This document shows positions 25,830 to 36,329 of a DNA stretch of 64,000 bases, piece after piece (the stretch's first letter is position 1; every line of letters begins with the position of its first letter). A program made the translations under genes and the position numbers. A model generated the notes under the pieces. That model was given only the letters and a program-made list of their open reading frames with translations, was not told the origin of the DNA and searched no databases. The stretch is from Nageia nagi (Eukaryota; Plantae; Pinophyta), in the NCBI GenBank assembly GCA_050084985.1, contig JBITNC010000001.1, forward strand, positions 51,956,001 to 52,020,000. The letters run 5' to 3'.

Positions 25830-27660
25830 TTGATCTATAATTAAGTGCCTAAGCCAAGGATTCATTTCATCGCGTATAGAATTTAATATTTTGCAGAATA
25901 AAATAGGCACTCACTTAATGTGCATTAGACTAAATGCTAGCTTAATATTGAATCCGGAACTTTATAACAATTCACAATGATTCAAAAGACAAGGATATCA
26001 ATAACTTATCACACAATGAATACTTTGAATTTATAATGGAAAAATTTTAATGGGAAAAAACCAGTGAGAATGGACATTGGATATTATTAAGAACAAGCAA
26101 AGCATAGAAGTGCCGACTTGGAAAAATGATTCACAAGGCGAAGATGGGTGGAATTTCATACCAATTCACTGTACATCAACAAATTTGAAAAGGCCCCAAA
26201 AAACAAAACACACTACATGAATTAGATCTAATCAACAGTCACACGACCATAGTCCATCCTTCGGTTTGCTCTTTTCTCCTTACTTTGTTTATTCCCCAAA
26301 ACTCTATATGTTTTGTTCTTCCCAAAAGTTTAAAATTGTCCAATCCCCAATCTTCAGTGATCTATAAGATGAGAATGACATTTTAACTTCTGCCCAAAAT
26401 TATATAGTTTAGCTATTGTGAATTGAAGATTCTATAGTTTAACCATTCTAAATAATTCACATGCCTGATAGTTTAACCATTTTCAATCATTTTGCATGCC
26501 TTGTATAACCATTTCTTTTTACCCCACATATCTTGCAGCAAGAGTTCAACTTCAAACGGATATTTATAAAAGTTGATGTGAAATTCCTTATCCTATTACT
26601 CGGAAAGCTGAAATGCCACAGTTTCAAAAATCTAGAAAACTCCCACAAAATTAAAATATGAAACATTCTCATAAAGCTGGAATGTGGAAAATTCCCTGAA
26701 AGATGGAATACTAAAAATTCTCAAAAAAGGTCAGAAAAAGTTGGAATGCAAAATATTCCCGAAAATTTAGAATTAGGAAAATTCTCATCATACAACTGGT
26801 TGTCATCGATCTTGAGTGCCACAGAACAGGCCGGTATGTTTTCAACATCCTAAGGCTTCCGTTTGGCAAAATCCTGCAAGAAATCACGAATATTGTCCTA
26901 AAATAGGACATTAAAATCTAAACGTCATCCTGGGTCTTCAAACGTGTGAAATGCATACAAAGCGAAAATCTTCCAAATAAACATTTTGGTCGACCTATTG
27001 ATCGTATGATCGAATCTAGCTACCACCGCCAAACATCAGTACAACATTCAAAGCTTCATACAAAAACGAGGCATTTGCAATGGCGGAAGGTGGAAGGTTT
27101 AGGATGAGCAATGTCTTCAAATAAAGAGTGTAAGCAAGGGAAAAGCATGAATTTGTAGAAAATTTGACATTCAAAGCTAAAATGTTCTCAACATAAGATT
27201 CATACACCATCCGATGGTCTGTTTGTCTTCAAGTTTATACGGACGTGATTGACCCCTTTGTGTAGGTTGCCGATATGCTAACTACCTTGTAACGACTTTC
27301 TGGCCACTCGGGTGTGAAGTGAATGTTTTCATGGAAAGACAGGATGTAAACCCCCAACATTATTATCAGTTGGATGGTCTTTATTCTACAAAAGAAAAGA
27401 CGTGACCGCAATACCTCTTACATGCTCACACAGTAAATCAATAACTCAACTTCATTTCATCTACCAGAATGATTTGCAGCCATAAACAACCATCGATTGA
27501 TATTTTTGCCCCTCTTGCCCAAGGAGACCCCTACAGCGTAATAAAAGTGAAGGCTATCGAACTACCAACTGTCTCGATTCGTACGCGTAAGCTGTAAAGG
27601 CATGCCACGATAGTACAAATAGGGGCGATGAGGCCGCTGCATTAAGAAATGGGTATTGTG
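25830..27660. promoter_or_regulatory. CpG-retaining non-coding island (candidate unmethylated regulatory region)
   Basis: About 30 CpGs counted in 26800-27640, versus ~3 in the 1.6-kb LTR 19035-20675. No recognisable TE or protein motif. Confidence 0.5.
26625..26790 (+). repeat. Degenerate ~26-bp tandem array with HSE-like GAAnnTTC motifs
   Basis: Approximate unit aaag(c/a/t)tggaat...aaaattc(c/t)c; examples ggaaaattccc (~26686), aaatattcccgaaaattt (26751) and ggaaaattctc (~26776). Confidence 0.55.
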
Positions 27661-27974
27661 CATATAATTTAAAATTGCATCTTTTTCATCTAAATCAATC
27701 AAAGAAACATATAATCGTAATATAACTCATCTATAGAGTTAATTCCCATATTAACATAATAATAAATTAGTATTATCAAATACTAATATAAGCAAGTATT
27801 TATTAGATATTAATAATGAAAAAATCTATTATCATGCACTTTTATATAATTAAGCCATGTATTCACTAATTATTTATTTTTCTATTTTTATTTTATGCAA
27901 CATGACTATTCAAAATCATTAGTTAAAGATAACTTCAAATCAAAAATTACATAATCAAAATTGTTTAAAGAAAT

Positions 27975-28571
27975 TATTAGCAAAATAAGATAACATTTAT
28001 TATCCATGATGTTATCTTTTCTTATCTATATCAATGTTTATCTTATGGTTACCAGGACTAATAACATTATTTTGTAGCTACATTCACCCTTATAGGCAAC
28101 ATTAACCTTCATGCACTTCAAACTCTATAAATAATATCTCTAAGTAGCGTTCTCCATGTCTTCTATTATGGATTCATATTTTAGATATCTTTTCTAAGAG
28201 GAGGTTGAAATATTCATATCATTTTTGCACATATAACTCCCTCTTCCCAAAAAAAGTGCTTTATTGGCATTTTAAACCCTCAACCCTATCCTCTAGATCA
28301 TAAAAGTTAACCATAAAAAAATTATTCAGAAGAAGGGAAATGCAATGCTTACAATCCCTAAAGTTTTTTGCAAGCTTCATCAAATTCTCTAAACATGGAT
28401 GCGTCCCCCTTAATTTATAGATGATTGCATGAAATTTTAGTTGTATAGGGTGTATTCCATCTTTTTCATCTAAATTATTGATAAAAAATGAAAGACATTC
28501 TATTAGGAGAATTCATGGGATTTCAAATAGATCCAATATTATTCTATTCATTGTGTTCATAGTATCAGAGC
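27975..28571 (+). mobile_element. LTR relic followed by a tRNA-Met PBS
   Basis: ...gtgttca directly followed by tagtatcagagc (28560-28571), a PBS with one G>A change. Putative start tattag (decayed TGTTAG) lies where the 290-bp repeat stops. Confidence 0.55.
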
Positions 28572-28713
28572 ATCAAATGTCATCTGGGATTGTACGTCAA
28601 TCACCATTATCCTTTGTTTACATCATTGAAGAGCAAACCTCATGAATGTAGGCTAAAAGCAAGAAGTTGAGTTCACTTAAAGAGGAAGTGGTGGAAATTA
28701 GCAAAGTTAAAAT

Positions 28714-28860
28714 TCAATGTCAAAAAAATTAGGATCCCAATTTTAGTAAATTAAAATCAAGATCCTGATTTAGGTTTAGGATCGTAGTAAATATTAGGAT
28801 CCAAATATTTAAAACTAAAATACATACATTTATTGGGATCTCGATATTTAAATCTTTGAT
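28714..28860. mobile_element. Putative hAT-like MITE
   Basis: Imperfect terminal inverted repeats (tcaatgtcaaaaaaattaggatcccaat / attgggatctcgatatttaaatctttga) and repeated GGATC subterminal motifs. Confidence 0.4.
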
Positions 28861-30992
28861 TTCACCTCAAATTTAGGCTCAAAAAAGGCTTGGTGAGCTA
28901 GCACTTAGCCTTGGACATGCAAGTATATGTTCATAGCAATTTTAATAGAAAATCTCAATTTCAAGCATATGTTTGATGGAGTTTTTGATATAACTATTTT
29001 ATGAAATAAAAACCCATTATAGATTAAAGAATGTAGATTTCAAATATGTAATTTTTTTCACAATTGGATAAGAATTTATATATTTCAATTATTTTTTAGT
29101 AAAAGTGGTCCATATACATGAAATATGAGGATATATTTTTTTAATAATTTTTTTAGAGAAGTTATGAAAAACTAATTATACAGGGACAAGCTTCATATGA
29201 TTGAGAAAATATTATGTTTAGATCAAGTTATGGTGGACAAACATGAGCACTTTTAAAAACAAAAAACATGCCTGGTAGAAAATTAATAAAAAATAATATT
29301 GATGAAAAATTTATGAAAAAATATCAAATTCAAGCTCCAATATGTTAGGTATCTTTTCCTAAAAATATTTGAAAAAATACATTAATTTTAGTCAAATTAT
29401 GTTTGACGGACACATGCATGGTATGGTCCAAAAATGGTTTTTTTTTAAATATGGTTTTTTTTCATCCTATTTAATTTTAAATTCTATGATCTAGGTATTG
29501 GAACATATTATATATTTGAAAACTAGACCATGAGCACTACATTTTCACCGTATTGACCCTTTTCCTAATTCCATGTCTAAGTGCTTCAAATTTTGAGATT
29601 AATCATACCCAAATTTGAAAATCAAGGAAAATACTTTTACTTTTCAGCCTTGGAGTGGACCTAATTTCTTGCACCCACCTTGTTAGAGATTGGGCTACAA
29701 ACCTTTCCATAATTGTTGCAATTGACAATGAATTTGTATCGATTAACTCATATATATCCTTTCTATCATGCTCATCTTATGACATTTTCCATACCTTATA
29801 TAGTTAATGTTGTAATTATAAAATCTACAACTATAAAATATCTCCTCTTAAGTATTTTTAGTTGTAATTCTTTTAATAGAATAAAATCTACAATAATAAA
29901 ATACTTTTATAAAGATCTTTTACCTCTTAAATATTTTATGTCACAATTGAAATAAAGAAATAATAGTATTATCTACAATAACAAAACATTTTCATAAGCA
30001 TCTTTACTTCTTCAATATTTTATGTTGTAATTCATTATATTGTAGAAAATGAAAATTTAATTGGATGCACAACATAACCCTACTATTTTTTTCAAATGAG
30101 TGCACTATGTTCTTGCAATGAAATATTTAAATCTTTATGGTCTATTCCTCCATTTAAACTTTATCTCCACAAATGCATTCCAAGAGAGTCATTATGAAAG
30201 CACTAACCTTTAAATGCATTTATTCCTCTTTCTAAGACATATGAGGATGAGATAATATATTTTGGAAATTTCATGAGTATGCAAGTGTTTTTATGCTATT
30301 AGCATAACTTGTAACAGAATCAAATGAATTTTGAGGAGAAAGTAAAACTTAGGAATGATTAACTGCATTATTGTTATGCTTTCAAATAAAGAATACCTAT
30401 CACTACTATGTTTTCATCTATGTACATACATGATAAATCAAATATATCTTCAACTAATTTCCTTGAACATCTTCCTATTATTTATTCTTAATACAACATA
30501 CTATCATATATTGAAACTAACATCTTCCAAAAGAATTAATTATGCCCATGGCATCGTACAATGCTCTTAGATGATGCAAGAGAAACTAAAGAAGTTGTAC
30601 GTAGGAGCAATTTATGATAAGTCTCTAAAGTATAAGGTGGTTATTCAAAACCACCACCTTAAGATTTAAAGGGCCTATTTATAAACAACATTTTTTACTT
30701 TAAGGAGGAAGTTATAAACTACCTCTTAAAAATTACTTGGAAAGAAGTTATATCCTCAAAGAATTTTTCCATCATATTTTATCCAACAAATATGATGATC
30801 TAGAATATTTCAAGACTATGCCATCCTTAGCTACCCAAGGCACACAAGCTAAATCATAGTGTTAGCCATGGGCTCCTAAAGGATGACATAATAGAACAAA
30901 CCAGTATCCAATTAAGCTATTACCTTACTCATGCTATTCCAATACTAAAATCACTCGAAGGAATGCTTAACCATAGCTTTATGCTAGCCTAG

Positions 30993-31380
30993 ACCATATA
31001 TATAAAATTATGCAAGTACATTGTAAGATGTGAGATGGTCTAAATATTCTAAAATATGATATAAAATGATCTAAGTATACCATATGATTTGAAATTATCT
31101 TAATGCACCAACATATAAAATGAAATTTGATCCAAATGAACTAACATATAATTTAAAAAATTATCTATGTACACCATATAGTCTAAAATTATGCAACTAT
31201 ATCATATGATATGAAATGATCAAACTGTACCATATAATATGAAATGGTGTAATGACACCATATGGTTTGAAACAATGCAAGTGTACCATAAAATTTTAAA
31301 TGATCTAAAAATACCATATAATATGAAAATGATTTAATTACACCATGTGGTTTGAAAATTACCCAAGTGCACTATAATAT
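30993..31380 (+). repeat. ~28-bp minisatellite, ~13 diverged copies
   Basis: Approximate consensus ACCATATGATATGAAATGATCTAAGTAC; accatat recurs at ~28-30-bp spacing. Confidence 0.85.
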
Positions 31381-32099
31381 CAAATATTCTATTTACATTC
31401 TAATATATGAAAAGATTACATATATGCAAAATATTGAGGAATACAACAAGATTACAAGCATATAAAATGTAAACTAATATTTATTGCACTAAAAACTTTA
31501 TTCTCTTCACCTCCTCTGTCCTCTCATTTACCCCTCACCTCTACAAACTCAAAGAATATCAAATATAAAATAGCTTTATAAGAGCCTAAGGAATTGTTAT
31601 GCATGGATTGTTAACCTTACTAATTGTGCAGGCTATCTTAGGGAATTTTTTAACTTCATTGCAAAATTTCCCAAAAAACTACAATATTATATAGTATATT
31701 CAATTGCATCATTTTAATAAATATGGTTGCCTAATTATACAAACATGAAGAAGTTATTTATACACTTTTTAATAAGTTTATTTCAACAAATAGATCACCT
31801 TTTAGGCACTATTTTTGAACATGAAAATTATGTAATGTAAATAGAACATGGATACAAAACAAGGATAATTATATTTAAATATATGCTATATAAATATGCT
31901 TGAATGATCAAGACTATATGTATAATAAAGAATTATATAATTTTACTAAAGTGATTCAAATATGATATATAATACTAATTATATTCGTATCAAGTCAAAT
32001 ATGCTTTACATTATTACTACAAGATATCATGATTTATCTATAAAACATATTTGGATATCTAGATGAGATAATGAAGGATCCCACTACATATTCCATTAT

Positions 32100-32745
32100 T
32101 TTCATCTCATCATTATGTCTATAAAACATGGTATTCAATTGGAAACCAAATATGTTTTCTTTGCTTTGTTAAGTAGTAAAAGCATATATTTACCAACTTA
32201 GCACTTTTGAACTACTTTTTGATACTTCAATTATGTTATTTTGGATAAATGCTTTGCTTCTCAAAAATAATTTTCATATCAAATAATATTATATTGAAAT
32301 CATTTTATATCATAGCATATGATTCAAAAATGATCTATAATTTCCATTGTATTCAAATGATTCAAATATTATCTATAATACTTCTACAAGAACATTCAAT
32401 TTATGTGCACCATGTAGACACATCCACACACCCAAGTAGCACTTTTTAAAAAATCTCATGTATAGAACGTATGTAGGAACTTGGAAAGTTATTTGTCATT
32501 ATTTTTCATCATCAATAATCTCTGAAATAATATTCTCCATGTTTGAAATATAGCTTCCCACTTCAGCATAAATATTACAAAGTAGAACAAAAGATGTAGC
32601 ATATTCAAGCTTGAAAACAAAAAAGGATTATCATAAAAAACTACTCTATACATACATTTTTTACAAGCACCAAGAAGATACATCTATAAAAAGGTTCAAA
32701 GCTCCATCAAGATATCTTGTATTGAAGGCATGCAAAATAATATCA
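32100..32745 (-). pseudogene. Two tandem, highly decayed PPR E-domain fragments
   Basis: RYLDGALNLFI / MYLLGACKK / ATSFVLLCNIYAEVGS (~32555-32730), then a second VWMCLHGAHKLNV...IIEV (~32220-32430). Confidence 0.6.
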
Positions 32746-32834
32746 AGCAACCACTTGGTAAGTTTTTAAATTTTTTTGAGACAAAGAGAGGATTTTATAT
32801 AAGTATATACTAATATTCAATAATATTTAATCAT

Positions 32835-33020
32835 ATGTGTAAAGGAAAAATTTGCAATCTTTCCCAACATTCTTCTAGTATGTGCCACTAGGAGGTCTAT
32901 ACAAGAAGATATGGACATCCATAAAAGAGTAGTTGAAAATAATTTTGCATCAAATGTTGCAATTTTGAATGGTTTACCTAGACATGTATACAAAATGTCA
33001 AAGAACACATAAGGCTTAAT
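32835..33020 (+). pseudogene. PLS-class PPR motif fragment
   Basis: IFPNILLVCATRRSIQEDMDIHKRVVENNFASNVAILNGL, frameshift, then LDMYTKCQRTHKA. Matches the L/S motif pattern 'TFxSILxAC...GxxIH...NALIDMYAKCGSIxKA'. Confidence 0.75.
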
Positions 33021-33829
33021 AATTATTTAATAATACAAACATATTTTTATGGACTATAATTTTTGGTGGTGATGTAACTCATGGCTACAATAAGGATGCC
33101 TTTAAATGATTTAGTTGTAATTTAAAGTTTTAAATATGCTCAAATAATTAAAATATGTCCTACAATAATCTTATAGCATGTTATAATTTATTTAGACAAA
33201 ATGTTTTAATATATGTCAGGCAATGAAATAGCTCACAATATTATCTACTATTTTTAGTTCATCAACCTATTTATACAATAGAGAAACCCCTTTCCAGATG
33301 AAACATACATTAATTTTACAATATATTAGTCTTAATGTTTCATGATTTACCATATCTCTAGGGTCATCACTGAATATTATTGCTTTGTCCACTATGATAA
33401 GAATTTTTTAAAATGTAAAACTCAAGTAAATTTACTTTGTAGTATTTAATATAAATCAATTCCATTTCTTAAATTTAAAATAATAGTCATACTATATTTT
33501 ATGACTTTAGCTTATAAGGGTTTGAGCTATTACTTATTCTTTGAACTGGAGAGTTGCCTTTCATATGTATAGTTGTATAATTGTAGTTTTTATAAATAAT
33601 GGATAAGTATTTAAATAAACAATTCTATCTATGATATTATCATGCTTATTATATAAATATTTCATATGTCAATTCTTATTATCATGTCATAGTTTGATAA
33701 TGGTCATCATCATCCATTTCCTCATTATATCCATAATGATATATTTTTGCTACACCAAACTATTATCATGTTAGATGAAACATTTACAAAAGTGTTAAAA
33801 ATTGCTCGTATGAAATATTTTAGCTACTA

Positions 33830-34450
33830 AGTTACCTTAACCATTACCCAGGAATCATTTATTAAAGTTCTATGGAGTTGCTTTCCATTGTGAGTTGATG
33901 GTTCACATAAGTTCCATAGGTACCATCCATAAAATAAATTTAAAAATCATGGCATTTTGTCCAATGAGTTGAACATGCATATTGGCCTTCAATTCAATCT
34001 TATTTTTGTAGCTCACCTTCATTTTGAATCTTGTCAAATCTCTTAGTCTTCAATTTTCAAAGTTTGAATTTTGTTAGTACCTAACATCGATACTTATACA
34101 TAGGGCTCTATCCAAACATCATTATGGCATATAGAATGATAAATACAAGTAACCATAATCATAAGTAAATTTGATATAGGGTCTACATATCTTCTCCATT
34201 GACCAAAGCATCGTTATAATATTTAATAGTCAAAGCATAATAAACCATGTTGGGAAAAGCATTGTTAGAATCTTTAGTCAAAGTATAATAAACCATGTTG
34301 GCCAAAGCATCGCAAGCCTTATTTGGTAAAATAGGCTTCTCATTTGTTGCACACTTTCCATTTGAATCATGCTTATGTTATGACCTAAATCTTTCTCAAC
34401 TTCCAAAGTTAACCACTATTAAAAATACTATAAAATTTGAAGTACTTACC
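33830..34450 (-). mobile_element. Possible very decayed copia RT fragment containing a ~47-bp tandem duplication (34200-34312)
   Basis: Minus-strand KHDSNGK near 34340-34375 resembles copia 'KxxxDGxxxRxKARL'. tagtcaaag.ataataaaccatgttgg occurs twice. Confidence 0.3.
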
Positions 34451-34749
34451 ACTACACAACTTATCCATAATTGAAGTATTACTTTGTACCACATCCTCAA
34501 CTACCTATCATATATACCTTTTCCTTTTTTAAGGAGAATACTACCATAAATATTATCAAACTTATTTATTAAAGCACTTGGAAACTAATCCTAACATCAT
34601 AACCTTTTTATGTGTTCTACTTACATAAAGCATGAGCGTCTCTTATTGCATTTTTAAATTAACACTTAAATACAAAGATATTTTTATTTTAAATTAATAA
34701 TTTTATAATAATGAAAATAACATTACAAATTCCTCTTCATCAATATGAA

Positions 34750-35400
34750 AATTTTCGGACACCATAAAATGGTTTCGTTGATTTATTTTAGAATTAAATA
34801 ACACTTAAATAGGTTGATTACACGATTGTGCGACAGAGTATCAGGCAGGCCATTACCGGAATTAGAGAACATCATTTATTACTCATGAAGATTGCCATGT
34901 GATCACCAACGTAATAGCAGACGATGTTCGCTAGAAGAAGAAAAACTGAATGTAGTCAAAGGAAAAGGAAAGATCATATATAGGTGGTTCTCCTCACTAT
35001 AATATTCATCAGCCTGCCAGTCGGCTAAACCTCAAAAACAACGACAAGACATATGAAACAATCCATGGCCAGAATACGACAGCTCATTAGCCTTGAAAAC
35101 TGTCATACCAAGAAATTCAGATCGAGGTAATCTTGTTAAAACCAAAGTCGTATTTAAAGTTAACCAGATGTCATATAGCAGGCGTGATATATGGAGTTAT
35201 GTGTTTTGAAACAGAAATAAAGCCAGCCTGTCTGCAGGACTCAAATGTCCAAATGATTCCACGTGCAGGCTTTGGGGATTTAACTGTAAATAAAATGCTC
35301 TTTCTAGTTTTGCATAGTTTTTAAAATGTTGAAGGCAGGATAAATATTTGAGGTGGTATCTTTTTATATATATACTTGATGTGACGTTTCAATGCTTCAT
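34750..35400. promoter_or_regulatory. Second CpG-retaining non-coding island
   Basis: About 16 CpGs in ~640 bp between AT-rich flanks with very few CpGs. G-box CACGTG at ~35260 and several TGTC/GACA cores. Confidence 0.45.
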
Positions 35401-36329
35401 TATCATTTAATGTAAATAGTAATTACTTTTATTTTATAAATATATTCTTAATTACAAGTAATAATTACTATTTACATAATTTAAATAATATTTATATCTA
35501 GCTTAAATAATTTAAATATATTTTAGTAGTATAAATGTAAAGGTATGTATGTTTTTCTTTGGAAATGTGATTTCTATGATAGATGTCCTTAGATGGATAC
35601 ATTTTGATGTTTTAGATATATATCTTAAATAATAAAAATTATAGATTTGATTAATTTCGTTTAAGTATATCTAAAACAATACAAATTATATCTAAAATAA
35701 TAAAAATTCTATTTTTACAAACATAATTTTTTTAGATATATAAAATTATTACATTTTTGTATCAGCAATATAATATACAGTACAACCACCAAACATATTT
35801 TTTATGAATTTATTACATACAACAATTTATTATATACAACAAATAATTTAATATATCACAAAAAATATAACAATTTTTGGCAAAAACTTAGAGAACTGGA
35901 AATCAAACTTGATTTTGACATTTGATTCTCTTCTTTCTACATTGAATTTTTTTTTGTGAACTTTGAATATGTTCTCTTCCTCTATGGATTTTCGGTTTAA
36001 ATATTTCTTCTTTGAATTGATTTTTATTTATATTATTAATAATTAACTAATATAGTTTTACATATATTAGTTGACTATAGTTGAATTTTACAATATTAAA
36101 TTTATATTTAGTTAGTTAATTTAATATATTTATTTTTTTTAAATTTTGAGGGTTAATACTTTAGCTTCTTGCCTCGCTTCTATTGTAAATGGGAGAGTTT
36201 TATTGGTATTATTAAAAAGTCAAATTGCATGAATTTTTAGGGCTTACTTTTGTCCCATATCACATTGTCTCTTTATCTCAAAGATTGTGTGAGACACCTT
36301 AGGTGGGCCTTTACTATCACATACTTGCA

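Noticed and set aside
25851-25870. agccaaggat, similar to the miR169 5' end
   Set aside because: Only ~10 nt match, and no complementary star arm seen.
26521-26620. USE-like ccccacat plus TATA (snRNA or telomerase-RNA type promoter)
   Set aside because: Poor match to RTCCCACATCG, and no snRNA sequence or telomere template downstream.
27016-27210. 64-aa minus-strand ORF in the CpG island
   Set aside because: No recognisable domain, signal peptide or peptide-hormone motif; ORFs of this length arise by chance.
27280-27300. accttgtaa, core of tasiR-ARF
   Set aside because: Lacks the 5' TTCTTG, and no miR390 target sites seen nearby.
27505-27640. Partial resemblance to miR399 (tgcccaaggaga) and miR398 (ctca..tcgcccct, minus strand)
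   Set aside because: Too many mismatches or gaps, and the pairing is too discontinuous for a miRNA duplex.
28769-28780. tttaggtttagg telomere-like motif
   Set aside because: Only two imperfect units, inside a probable MITE.
30993-31380. CRISPR-like periodicity (also 38890-39260)
   Set aside because: Contiguous diverged monomers with no unique spacers and no cas genes, in a eukaryotic context.
32817-33008. Minus-strand LLWMSISSCIDL resembling hAT transposase
   Set aside because: The opposite strand gives a much better PPR motif match.
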